NCBI GenBank assembly: GCA_951406725.2
Contig: OX597815.1
Location: 46,252,001-46,316,000, forward strand
Reading direction: 5' to 3'
DNA length: 64,000 nucleotides
Source of the DNA: Octopus vulgaris
Taxonomy: Eukaryota
The notes below the pieces were generated by a model. The model had not been told where the DNA came from. It saw nothing but the letters and a program-made list of their open reading frames with translations, and did not search any database. This document shows, one piece after another, positions 12,657 through 25,485 of the stretch. Within the stretch, counting starts at the first letter, position 1. Every line of letters begins with the position of its first letter. The position numbers and the translations under genes were made by a program.

Positions 12657-13003
12657 TATTGTATAGTGAAACTGTACACAGCTCCCGGTAAAAGGTGATA
12701 GTAGCCAGCCATTATAAATAGACCAGTATCCGGTCGACAGGGAAGGTCGAAGGGGGAAGGTCAAAAGGTCCAAGAGTACGTGTAGACTGTGTTGATAGTC
12801 GTAACTGTGCTGATACAGTAATTATACTGTAATACTGAGTGCACGTACCCCAACCTTTTGAGAATAATAACACTGTACGATTGGGGGGTCATGCAGTGTC
12901 AGATGGAACCATTCTATCGACGACTTTGGAATATAACATCTATCAGAACGATAACTGTCGTCAAAAGACAGATATAACATTGGTAAAAGACCGCTTTACA
13001 ACA
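12657..13003 (+). mobile_element. LTR of the Gypsy element
   Basis: Ends tattgta...tacaaca (degenerate TGTTGTA/TACAACA inverted termini). Preceded by purine tract ttaaatgggaga and followed by PBS-like tggcgacgagg (13005-13015). Confidence 0.7.
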
Positions 13004-14352
13004 TTGGCGACGAGGAAAAGCAAGTGGAGGAAAAATATTCACACGGAAAATTTAAACTAATTCACGTGGAAAATTAAATACCTTGACAAAAAAAGAAGCA
13101 AAAATCTTGTGGTGCAAACATACGAAAATCGTAAAATATGGAAGACTTGTTAGCTGGGATAGTTGAGTTGCAAAAACGGCAACAACAACTCAAAGAACAG
13201 CGAGAACAACAAGGATTGCAGCAGCAAATGTTACTACTAATGAAGCTGGTAATCAAATTGGAGAATACATTTTCACCTGACCATGTAGCAAATTCCATAA
13301 GCGAATTCAAATACGACCCCGAAGAAGGAGTAACCTTCGAGGCTTACTTTCGAAGATTTTAACAAATCTTTGGTGGGAAATGCCAGTATTGGACGGACGA
13401 TATGAAAACTCGTCTAGTTTTAAGAAAACTAGCAACAGCAGAGCATATGAAGTATAACTTTATATTGCCAAAAAAAAAAAAGCATCCGACATAAATTTCA
13501 CTGACACAGTTGACATTTGTGCAAAATGTTTAGTGAAAAGAGCTGATTGTTTAATACTAAATGGAAATGTTTAAACATAGAAAAGAGCGAAGATGAAGAC
13601 TTCACTACTAACACAGGCAGAGTCAAAAAATAATGTGATATATTTAGGCTAGATATACTTACTCCAGATTCTTTCAAGTGTTTGATTTTTGCACAAAGAT
13701 TGACAGATAGAAGGGATGCAGAAATCCGAACGAATACTCAATCAAAACTGGAAATGAACCAGGATTTGACAGTGCAGAAACTGTCGGAAGAGTGTGACAG
13801 GATATTAAAATTAAGGCATGGCACGGAAGAAATCCAACGGAAAGAGTGTTTCCACATAAAACCAGTGGAAAATAGTCGGAAGAAAAATCAGAAAATATTG
13901 GGATGTAAACCGATGTATTGTCCGTATAAAAAAAGCAAAGTGTTTTCGCTGCGGGTTTATAGGACATATAAAATCGCACTGCAAAACTAGAATGATAGGA
14001 AAATAGAACAAACATGGGAAAATAAATAGTTTGTCAACAGGGAAAGTTGTGATTACATCAAACAGAAAATTTGTAAAAGTGAGAATTGAAAACACTAGTG
14101 TCAGAATGCAATTAGACACGGGAAGTGATATCACAATCATAAATGAGAAAACATGGGAACAAATTGGTAAACCAAAATTATGTAGTTCAAACAAAATAGC
14201 GTACGGTGTTACGGGAAGAAAATTATATTTCACGGGTAAACGCGTTTGTAATATAACGTTCAAAGGTCGAACGAAAAAAGTGAATGTTTATGTGTTGAAA
14301 AAATCCATGAATTTTTTTGGTACCGAATGTATGGAGATATTTAATTTATGAG

Positions 14353-14492
14353 TGATTCTTTATTACCCATGAGGGGCTACACAGAGGGGACACTACAAAC
14401 ATTGGGGACATAGAACATCACAATTACAAAGAATGAAAGATGAATTTTCTGCAAAATGATATTATGAAAGTGATGCTAACGGTCCTATCGCT
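14353..14492 (-). mobile_element. 140-bp 5'-truncated retroposon 3' end (Tx1-type tail) inserted in Gypsy pol
   Basis: 18-bp TSD agatatttaatttatgag (14335-14352 and 14493-14510). Minus strand ends gtcccctctgtgtagcccctcatgggtaataaagaatca. Confidence 0.8.
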
Positions 14493-17467
14493 AGATATTT
14501 AATTTATGAGATACATCCATGAGCGCTTTGTACAATAAAGTAAACGGAGCAGTCAAACGATCGAACGAGGTCGAGGAACTGAAACAAAAGGTGAACGAAA
14601 CTTTGCCAAAAGTTTTTCTTTCGGAAGGTTTAAGCTGTTGCACAAAAACAAAAACAAGGATTGCTATCGAAGAAAATTCAACACCTATTTTTAGGTCAAA
14701 ATAGAACGTGCCGTTTGCGGCGGTAGACCAGGTCAATAAAGAACTAGAAAGTTTGGAAAGCCTGAATATATATGAAAAGATTGACCATGCAGACTGGCCA
14801 TCACCGGCGGCGTACGTAAAAAGAAAAATAAGCTAAGAGTGTGCGCAGGCTTTTCAGCTGTTTTTTAACACACAGTTACCTACTTCCAAGCCCAGAAGAA
14901 AATATGCTAAGCTAAACAGAGGGAAGATTTTTTCGAAGTTAGCCCTCTCAGAGGCGTACCTTCAAGTTCAGTTAGAGAAAGATTGCACACATCTACTAAT
15001 CAACCCGCACTGTTGATTGTATAAGTTCAAACGATTGCTGTTTGGAGTAAGTGATACCCGCCATATTCCAACAAATAATGTAAATGATTGCGACTTTGTC
15101 ATCGCGTACCTAGATGACATTCTGATAAAGAGCGAGTCTCGGGTGCCACGTGTCGAACACATAAAGTATTCAAGAGAATAAGTGAATATAGATTAAAACT
15201 GACAGAAGAAAAATGCGAATTTTTAATGAAATAAATAAAATACCTAGGTCAAGTAATCGACGAAAGTGGACGTGGACTGGATTCATCAAAGGCGACGGCA
15301 ATACGAAATATGTCGTCCCGACGAACGTGACAATGCTACAGGCATTCCTAGGCTTGGTAAATTAATACTAAGTGTATATACCAAATATAAATAAGTTAAG
15401 GGTACCACTTAATGAATTATTAAAAAAGAATGCCAAATGAATTTGGACAGAGAAATGTCAGAAAACATTTAACGAATTAAAAGATGTGTTAACTTCAGAC
15501 TTGTATCATACGCTAGAGATAACACTAGCTACAGATGCTAGAGAGTATGAGATGGGAGCCGTGATCCTACACAAGGATAACGAGGGCAGGAGCAAGGCTA
15601 TAGCTCACACATCAAGGACATTATTTCCGGCGGAAAAGAGCTATAGCCAAATTGATAAAGAGGCGTTGGCTATTATATTTGGCGTGAAAGAATTTCACAG
15701 CTTCACTCACGGCCGACGTTTTGGGTTGCAAACGGACCCTAGACATCTAATAACGATATACGGATCCAAGAAAGGAATCCCGACACATACAGACTACAGC
15801 GGTGGGGTACCATTCTATTAAACTATGATTATAGAATGGAATATCTGCCTTCAAAAAGGTTGGGACATGCTGATGGTCTGTTTAGGCTAATTCCGAGAAA
15901 TAACTAACCGTTGGAGGACACCGTAATAGCAGCGCTAAGAGCGGAAGCAGAAACAAAAAAAAAATGATGTGGAATATCGTGCGTGAACTACCAGTAACTT
16001 TGGAAGAAATAAAAAGAAATGCGAGAAATGACAAATTTATTAATGAGACAAAAAGAAAACTGTGGTCGACAAAACGAAATAAAAAAAGGTCTGATGCAAA
16101 GAACCACCAAGATGTTAACGTGTACTCTATATGTGATGGTGTGATAATGTATGCTCAGAGGGTGGTCGTACCACAGACATTACAGAAGAGAGTACCAAAA
16201 GACACTCGGGCATCTCTAGAATGAAGGCGCTGATGTAAAGTTTCGTATACTGGCCAAGCATCGACAAGGAAGGTGAAAACCTGGTAAAAAGTTGCAGAGG
16301 ATGTGCGCTGGCAGTGAAACTACCTACTACAAATTGTGAACCTTTGTTGGAAGTGAAAATATCATGGTCCCGATTGCTTATCGATTTTACAGGCCCAGTA
16401 AATGGATATTATTACTTAATAGTAGTAGACAGCTACACAAAATGGCCTGAGATCGCAAGGTGTAAATGACCAACCTCATATACAGTTATAAACTTCTTAC
16501 ACGAGCTGTTCACAAGGTTTGGTGTACCGGATATAATTGGCTCTGATAACGGAACACAGTTTGTATCCTGTGAGTTTAAAAGATTCTGCGAGATGTTCAC
16601 GTTAGAACATAAAACTATAGCACTGTATCACCCTAGATTAAATGAAAGGGCCGAACGGTTCGTGGACACCTTTAAGAGAGCTTTAAAGAAAGCTAATAAG
16701 GAAGCCACGGACGAAATCGTGATCTAATAATTCTTGAGGGTATTCAGGGTAACTCCGAACCCAAATGCGCCAGAAGGAAGATCACCAGCAGAACTAATAT
16801 TTGCCAGAATAGTGAAGTCAGTATTCGATAAACTGTTATCAGTGAAGAAAGAATTTGCTAGTAAAGACATGCAAAAATTCTTTAGAATAGGTGATAAGGT
16901 ATATGTAAGAATGTACAAAAATGGCAAGCAATACTGGGAAGAAGGAGAAATCGTTACGTACATAGGAAGAATGATGTACGGTGTAAGAAGCAAAAATGGA
17001 ATGGAAAGGAGAGATAGAAATCAGCTTAAGGAAAAAGTTATTGAAAAGGAACCAACAGGAGTAGAAATACCGATGGATTGGCTATATGACACTTTTCAGG
17101 TCCCAATAGAGTTACAAGAAGTCGAAACCACACGTACAAGGTAGTAGAAGAACACTGAATTCCTAAAAGTAGACCCTAAGAAGAAAATATATACTCTGTA
17201 CTCATAAAACTATCCCTTCAGATTTACTACCTACTTACCTACCTACCTACCAAGCATTCACAAAGGAAGAGAGAGAGAGAGAGAGAGAGAGAGTATATTT
17301 GAAGACTATGAAAATATTTTCAAAACATTTTACTTAATTCTTTTTCTCCAATTTAATTGCGTTTCTTATTTCAGTCCTAGTTGAAAAGTCTAAAAGAAGG
17401 AAACCGGTACTAAAAAGTACTTCATGATAAAATTATTTTAGCATCTTCTACCTTGTCTTACTTTACT

Positions 17468-17500
<33 letters not shown>

Positions 17501-18049
17501 TAATATGTATGTATGTATGTGTATGTATTATGTATATCTATCTCTATGTGTGTTACTCTCTGTCTGAGTTCGACTCCCTACCACCAGTTGATGACCGGTG
17601 TTGGTAGTGTGCTTGCATTCCCGTAACTTAGCAGTTCGGTAAAAGTGAGCAATAGAATAAGTACCCGGCTTAAAAATATAAGTACTTGTGTCGATTCATT
17701 CGACTAAATATTCTTCAAATCGTTGCCCCAGAATGGCCACAGTCTAATGGCTGAAACAAGTAAAAGATAGAAGATACGAGTTGATATTATATGGGGTTTC
17801 GGTTGCTGCATCTAGTGTTAAAAAAGCTGTAGGTGTCAATTCTTGCTAGAAATTATTGCAAAATAACTCTGATTCCTTTGACACTTGAACAGACGACAGA
17901 TTGGCGGAAGAATATGTAGGTAAATATACTGTTCTGTTAATCGAAATGATGATGCGTAGGTAGGATATGTAAATAGCCAGAGTGATAGGAGATAGCTACA
18001 TACATACATGCGTACATACACACACACACATGCACACATACAAACATAC

Positions 18050-19090
18050 GGACAGAGTTCAATAGGGTTCATATCTGGTGGCTGGCTTGGCCATGGAAGC
18101 TTTTTAATGTCATTTTATTTCAACCGACCTCGGATTTTTTTTAGCTGTGTGACAAGGGGCCTCATTTTCCATAAATAGTCTTCTCTCATCATTTCACCAC
18201 TAGAGAAGATTGAAAGGAGTTTTTCTGCAATATGGATACATTTATCTGAGTTTATGTTTCCTTCACACTCCACCAGCTCTGATTGACCATTACTCCAAAT
18301 TGCTCCCCAAATCGTCACAGAATAGCCGCCGTGTTTCATTGTTGGCTGTAATGTTGTCATGTCAAATTCTTGATCACAAATTCTCCTCCCGACCTACACT
18401 CGACCACTGTCAGAAAATACAGCAAAATGCTTAGTGGTATTTCGTCTGTCTTTACGTTCTGTACTTAAATTCCGCCGAGGTCGACTTTGCCTTTCATCCT
18501 TTCGGGGTCCATTAAATAAGTACCAATTACGCACTGGGGTCGATATAATCAACTTAATCCGTTTGTCTGTCTTTGTTTGTCCCCTCTGTGTGTAGCCCCT
18601 TGTGGTCAGTAAAGAAATAAGAAAATACAGCAAATCTGGATTCATCAGAGAATATGACAGTGTCCCAAAATGCTAGTGGCCTCTCCATCATCATTGACCC
18701 AATCTTTTCTCTGCTTGATATTGGCTAGTCGAAGAAGTGGTTTCATTCTTGCTGCTCTGCCTTAGTAGCCAAGTTTGTGGAGATACCAGACAGCTGTTCT
18801 GGGACTGGCATCAACTTGTTCTGCTATGTCAGAAGCTTTGCAACGAGGATTATACTCCACACATCTCTTAACAAAGTGAAGTGTCCTGTCAGAGGCCCTG
18901 GTCCACTTGGGCGAGGTGATGTGGACACTTTCCCTTCTCTGATGAATTGCACAATCACTCCATTAGTTGTAGAAAGCGGGATTCCAAGATTTTCCACCTT
19001 TAGATCGTCCCACAATATGACCTATTTAAAATTCGAACAGTTCCAAGGCTTCTTTTGTAGTCGCGTGATTAAACAGTCACATATAGAACG
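18050..19090 (-). pseudogene. Decayed Tc1 transposase, interrupted by a SINE
   Basis: [27 protein letters not shown] (HTH); WDTVIFSDESRFAVFSDSGRV restored after removing the SINE; LQPTMKHGGYSVTIWGAI...GNINS (Tc1 PTVKHGGGSVMVWG motif). Boundaries approximate. Confidence 0.85.
18427..18619 (+). mobile_element. SINE family B, Tx1-tail variant, 5'-truncated
   Basis: 15-bp TSD agaaaatacagcaaa (18412-18426, 18620-18634); tail tgtcccctctgtgtgtagccccttgtggtcagtaaagaaata. Confidence 0.88.
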
Positions 19091-20115
19091 TGAAGCATTA
19101 AAATGTCAATTAATAAAAAAACATAAACCTTTTCAAGTTAAAATAAACATAAAACGATGTTGTATGTGTGTCTATTTACTTTTGCCATGTCTGTGTATAT
19201 TATATACTTGCATTTTGAACGAAATTCTTTTGTAAAATTCTGCATATGGCTCTGAGTGTTACAAGATAGGCACATTGAATTACAAGCTATTATCACCCTA
19301 CAGACTATCACATAGATTCCGTCTATACAGTTTCATTCATAATGCTTGGATGGACGTAGCAAGTACCTACATTTTACAATGCCTGTGCATAACTATGTAG
19401 ATAAATCGACGGAGACATGAACACATATAGATATATTACAAACTTAAACGTACCCACTTTGAAACTAGCAATAAACTCTTCCTTTTACATGAATAAACAC
19501 GTTAAGTAACAATTGTACGTTTAAATCTTAACAGTTGACAAAAATGAAGCAAGAAAAGAAAAACCAGTAAATTAAATAAAATAAAACTAAAGAAAAAAAA
19601 ATGATAGATTTTTAAAAAGCCCTCAAGGTTTGGCCGTGTTTCGCGTTGAGTGCGGTTTAACTGAAATCTAATCTCCGTTTAAGAAAAAAGATATTATATG
19701 TTAATGATATGAAGATAAATAACAATTAAAACAAAGTAATAACATTAGCTTTCCTAGTTTTTCTGTTGAAAGGTTTCTTGTCTCAAGTGGACTAATTCTT
19801 GTTATCATTTTAGAGGCTTCAGTTTATATTCAAGTTGTTACAGCTTTTGTCGGTACAGTTAAAACAGTTGTTTGAAGCTTAAGAACACCTGTCGGAAGAC
19901 GGAAAACAACTTCAATCAAGCTGTGTTAAGAGTATATATTTTATCTACACACACACGCACACTAACACACACAGACACGCATAAACTGTACATACGTATG
20001 CATAAATATATTCGTATTTGGGTACGCTACGCAGACGTATACATTAAGCGCATAATACATAAATGTAAACATACACACAAGTATACATATATGCTTATGC
20101 ATATGCACACACAGG

Positions 20116-20164
<49 letters not shown>

Positions 20165-20373
20165 CTCTCTCTATATATATATATATACATACATATATAA
20201 ATACATACACACACACACACATATATATATATATGTATGTATATATACATGAATATATGTATGTATATGTATATATGCATATGTGTATATATACATGTAT
20301 ATATATGCATGTGTATGTGCGTGTGTGTGCATGAACATATAATGAATATATCTGTATTATATATAATATATAC

Positions 20374-20442
<69 letters not shown>

Positions 20443-20616
20443 TATTATCAGTTCCTCAAAGTTAATGAAAATAAACTAATTTAATATCGCATTGACATAC
20501 TCGATGTCAAATTTTTGAATACCTGAATATCTTTAAGATATCGTGAATCGTACTGTACTTACTGATCCTTATCACAAGAAGTAGTCATCAATGTATATTC
20601 AAATCGGTATAATACT

Positions 20617-20770
20617 TGAGTGGCTGTGTGGTAAGTAGCTTGCTTACCAATCACATGTTCCGGGTTCAGTACAATGCGTGGCACCTTGGGCAAGTATCTT
20701 CTATTACAGCCTCGGGCCGACCAAAGCCTTGTGAGTGGATTTGTTAGACGGAAACTGAAAGAAGCCTTTC
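20617..20770 (+). mobile_element. SINE family A 5' half
   Basis: gagtggctgtgtggtaag (A box) ... ccgggttcagt (B-box-like) ... ggaaactgaaagaagcc. Confidence 0.8.
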
Positions 20771-20976
20771 GTGTATCTGAAGAAGGGGAATATTCATTGT
20801 GTTGTATGTCTTGTACTCTGTTTTTTCGTTGTTTGAAAAAAGTCCGTCTCCATGTTTTGGTTTTTATGTTTTCGTTTCTCATTGTGTTCTACGCTTTTTT
20901 GGTGTCCTGTACCATATATGCATGTATATATACATATATCTATGTATATATGCATATGTTTTATTTATCATTTTGT

Positions 20977-21021
<45 letters not shown>

Positions 21022-21068
21022 TGCATATATTTACATATATATATGTGTGTGTGTGTGTGTGTGTATAC

Positions 21069-21156
<88 letters not shown>

Positions 21157-21337
21157 AGTTATCGCCAAGGTAACATGGTAGTCCAGAAAAATTGGACGAA
21201 TGCTGCCGTTGATTAGCTTCAAGAGGTCATCGCCTCACCTAGCTATGTGACGCACAAACCTGTGTCTATTATAATCTTCGAACATGGGAGGTCAGCAGCT
21301 GCCCTTTGCTGGTCCTCCATGCAACAGATATATATAT

Positions 21338-21373
<36 letters not shown>

Positions 21374-21729
21374 CCTACATATTACTAAATTGTTATTTAT
21401 CGCTAAAATTACGTTTAAAATCGATTTTATCTGACAAAATGCCTGAAATGCAAGACTATGTATTAGTGTTGAGTCACTTAATTAATAAACTCATCAGTCA
21501 TTCAGTCCTTTAAAATATTTATCCGTTTATTTATTCAGTTAATTACTTTTAATGTTATATTTAAGAGGTGTGGTGGTGGTCGTGGTCGTCGTGCAGCTAC
21601 TGATTATACCGCTTTCAGAGATTTATTATTGCTTGTTTACACTTTTTCGAGATCAGTGGGTTTGCGTCACTGGAAAAAGGATATATGTATTTGCATTGGG
21701 ACCCCTTCGAATCGAAGACCGGTGATTGT

Positions 21730-21774
21730 CGTGCGCTGACGACGGGTAAATACTCAGAAACCCGAGTCCGTGCG
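21730..21774 (+). ncRNA. Type I minimal hammerhead-ribozyme-like motif
   Basis: cgtgcg-CTGACGA-c-gggt(aaat)actc-a-GAAA-cccgag-TC-cgtgcg: canonical core, GUC cleavage triplet, stem I pairs with two G-U, near-palindromic stem III. Confidence 0.6.
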
Positions 21775-22015
21775 TATCACGTCAGCTCGGCGATGGGAAA
21801 GATGGCTTCCCTTTGCAAATACTGATAGGGGACGGAAAATGTGTGAATAGCCAGCTGGAGATGTTCTTCTGGGGCTATAAGCTACATTAGCATGCACCCT
21901 CAATGGTTAGCCACACTTAACTGGCAAATATACTAAATACATTCAATATGTTACCGCGTGTGTATCGTTGGCGATTTTTTCCCATCCTTTTCCTATGTTT
22001 CCATCCTTTTCCTAT

Positions 22016-22157
22016 GTTTCTGACGAAGAGCTCCGCTCGGAACGTTAAACCCTCCTTCTTTCTTTCCTTTCCTAAGCGTCCAATAACACTATACTTGTTC
22101 CACGTCCTCGCGTTGTTGTATTTTCTCTTTGCGTTTTCATGTTTGGATTAACTATAC

Positions 22158-22160
<3 letters not shown>
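22016..22160 (+). mobile_element. Penelope-like terminal fragment with degenerate hammerhead motif
   Basis: gttt-CTGACGA-a-gag(ctccg)ctc-GGAAC-gtt-aaac followed by a T-rich tail ending at (TA)/(TATG)n. Similar fragments at 30140-30290, 42750-42910, 53180-53335, 53897-54095 (-) and 43800-43950 (-). Confidence 0.55.
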
Positions 22161-22192
<32 letters not shown>

Positions 22193-22218
22193 TGTATGTA
22201 TGTATGTATGTATGTATG

Positions 22219-22267
<49 letters not shown>

Positions 22268-23000
22268 ACATATAAAAATGTATATATGTAAATGCATATA
22301 TATATATCATTTATATTATCATATGATCGAACGACACGCATACATTTCTAAGTAAGTTTTATCTTTATAATTCTGATTCGTACTCTACAAATATAAATTT
22401 TCTCCCTCTTTATTTTTCTTTCTTTCTGTCTTTCTTCTCCCTTCGCCGTTCTATTTCTCTCCTCCTCTCTCCCTCACTCTTCCTCCTTGACTCTCTCGTT
22501 GCTCACACGTGACCAGCGGCTATCTTTCTCTTTCTTCCTCTTTCTTTACAAGAGACAAGACACACTTTTGCCTGTCTTCTGTCAAGCTCGTTTCTCCAAC
22601 GTTCACCACTTCACCTCGTGATGACTTAACAGCCCTTAACGTTTGTTGTTAATGTTTTGTTCTCATTGTCCTGTTTTTGTTACCACTTTAACCCTCCGAA
22701 AATCCCAAATTTGATTTAATTTGCTTTGTGGGAACGACCCTCTTAACGAAGTCGTGTCTTGTCCCAACATTCGAAAAAGGGATTGTACTTTATGTTGCCT
22801 GTCTCGTTTTTCTATTTGTTTCTTTCGTTGTTCAAAAACAAAAGCTCGTTTCCCGTATTTTTGTTTTCTTATGCTCTCGTTTTCCATTTTGGTCACGTTT
22901 TTTTTACGTCCTGCATGTATATATACATATATAGGTATGTACATATATGTATGTATATATGCATACACACACACACACATACACACACACATACACACAA

Positions 23001-23043
<43 letters not shown>

Positions 23044-23160
23044 CATATATTATTTATATTATTATATGATCGAACGTTACGCGTCTATTTCCAAGTAAGC
23101 TTTATCTATATATATGTATATATATACATATATACAGATATATATGTATATGTTTATGTG

Positions 23161-23205
<45 letters not shown>

Positions 23206-25059
23206 GTAATATATATACATATTTATGTATATATATATATATGTATATATAGATGCACATACATTTGTATATATATATGTATGTATATATATACACTCGT
23301 TATATTGTTATCTATTTATCTGTTGAGATACTTGCTTTTATGTATATGTGTGTGAGAGAGTCTGTGTTCTTATGCTTATTCACATGCACGAATCATAATG
23401 CAGGTACGTGTGTGCATGAAACCATAGTAAGTGTGTGGGAGAGAGGGGGGAGAGAGAGAATGGGAGAGAGAGAAGGGGAGTGAGAGGGGGTGAGAGATAG
23501 TGAGATAATATGTAGTTGTATGTGTTTGAACTATCATGAAATAGGCGTTCAATCCTTAAAAGTTGGTATTTCACGTCAATTTCACAGCAAAAAGTAACGA
23601 TTTTACATGCTCCAGTTTTATTACACCTTATTAATTATCTAGTTTACAAATTAACTATGATCAACATGAATCTGCTTATCCATTTGAGCAACGAGCGGGT
23701 CTTAAAATTTTTGAGTGAAGTTGAGTAAACAGAAACTGAGAGCAGAATCCCATAAGAGGGAAGCAAGGCTATAAACCGAAACCATATTCATGTTTAACAA
23801 GTAGAGCCACGGAAAAATGAAGTGCTTATTCAAGAGTATAATGCAACCTTTTTCGGGAATTGGATTCCGACTTTACGATTGTGAAAACAACATCGTAACT
23901 ACTTGGTGCATGCTCTTTCACAGTTGGCCGCCACAGGTCTGAAAGTTTAGGATTGTCACGTCTGGCATGCTTTAGATCAAAAGCAGGTTCAGTTAGAGAT
24001 TATGACATCGTGATAAACAGCAAAAATATCAAGGAGTTGGTTGCTATCACGCTCTAAGAAAAGAATAGTGTGAGGTTGTATGAGTGTATGTGAGTGTACA
24101 TGTGTGGGAGGGATGAGAGAGAGACAGAGAGGCAGAAAGAAAGAAAGTGAGAGACAGAGAGACAAAGGTCAAAGCAGGGAGTATTTTCTTTATAGTCAGA
24201 CCGAAAGAGATTACGTGGTTCAGATTACACTAAGTTTGAATAAGATTTCGGCTAGAGCGAAATTGCGACATCTCAGTTGCTGGATACCCATGTTCTGACT
24301 AGAGTTTTAAACCTCGAAATAAATCAAATTATATTCACTATGGCGTATTACGTAATTTGTTTTTGTACACTCATCAATACATATCTTTGACGTTTAGGAT
24401 CAAATGAATCTTGATCAAGAAGACAAGATCAAAGCATTTGAGTCACAATCAAATCGTCTTTTATTCAGTAATAATGTATCGAGTATTACAAGTATTACAT
24501 AATTCTGCATGGCAGTGCATAATTTTAAGATGGTGATTTTAGAAGTGATTTGAGGGAGAATGCTTTCTATGTCTTATAGATTCAGATTCCAAAAATACGC
24601 TTCTAAAGTAGTTTGTTGGTCATCGATTTTATGGAAAGCACAGCTTGTACGGTTGTGTCGTAGAATTATTCTAACAATTCATGACTACAAGGAAAACCGA
24701 CATTTTGTCTGCAGCATAAAGATAAAATTATTCAAAACGTATTCTATTCAAAGATGCAGTGAAAACAGATTTCACTTGGCATGACACACAACCTTGGTTT
24801 TAACAGCAAAGCAAGTTTTATGTAAATTGCCTCGTCGTTTTCGTCTTCAAAACGATGCGGTTTGTCATAATATGAAAAATAGAACTCCGAACACGGCTAA
24901 CATACATACAAACGTACATACATACATACATACATACATACATACATACATACATACACACATACACACGTACATACATACATACATACATACATACATA
25001 CATACGTACATACATACATATATGTGTGTGCGTGTGAGTATATATGTGTGTACATAAAG

Positions 25060-25116
<57 letters not shown>

Positions 25117-25447
25117 TTGTATGTATGTAATGTATGTATATGCATATATATACATAGAGAGAGAGGTGTATCTGGTAATCTTTCACTGAAATATAGCTTT
25201 CTTAACACATGGTAGTATATAGATAGAGACAATCATATATAAAAAAGAAAATAAGGTTTACATGTGTAGATATACGCACTCACACACATACAAACATAAA
25301 AATATACACAACACACTGACACACACACACACACACACACATACATCGGCAAACATAGGAGAGAGGGAGAGAGGAAGAGAGCACTTAGTATCGTATTCAA
25401 TCATTCTATTAGTCATTACTCGCAGAATTGAAATGTGCTTGCCTTTT

Positions 25448-25485
<38 letters not shown>

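Larger units (their letters stand above)
12500..17190 (+). mobile_element. Decayed Ty3/Gypsy LTR retrotransposon (gag-PR-RT-RH-IN, many stops and frameshifts)
   Basis: Gag ISEFKYDPEEGVTFEAYFRRF (13138-13362); protease MQLDTGSDITII (14031-14351); RT AYLDDILI (~15105); RNase H LATDA..MGAVI and EKSYSQIDKEALAIIFGVKEFH (15486-15821); integrase IDFTGP, SDNGTQF, AERFVDTFKRAL (~16380-16690) and C-terminal ORF 16734-17144. Domain order is Gypsy. Confidence 0.93.
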
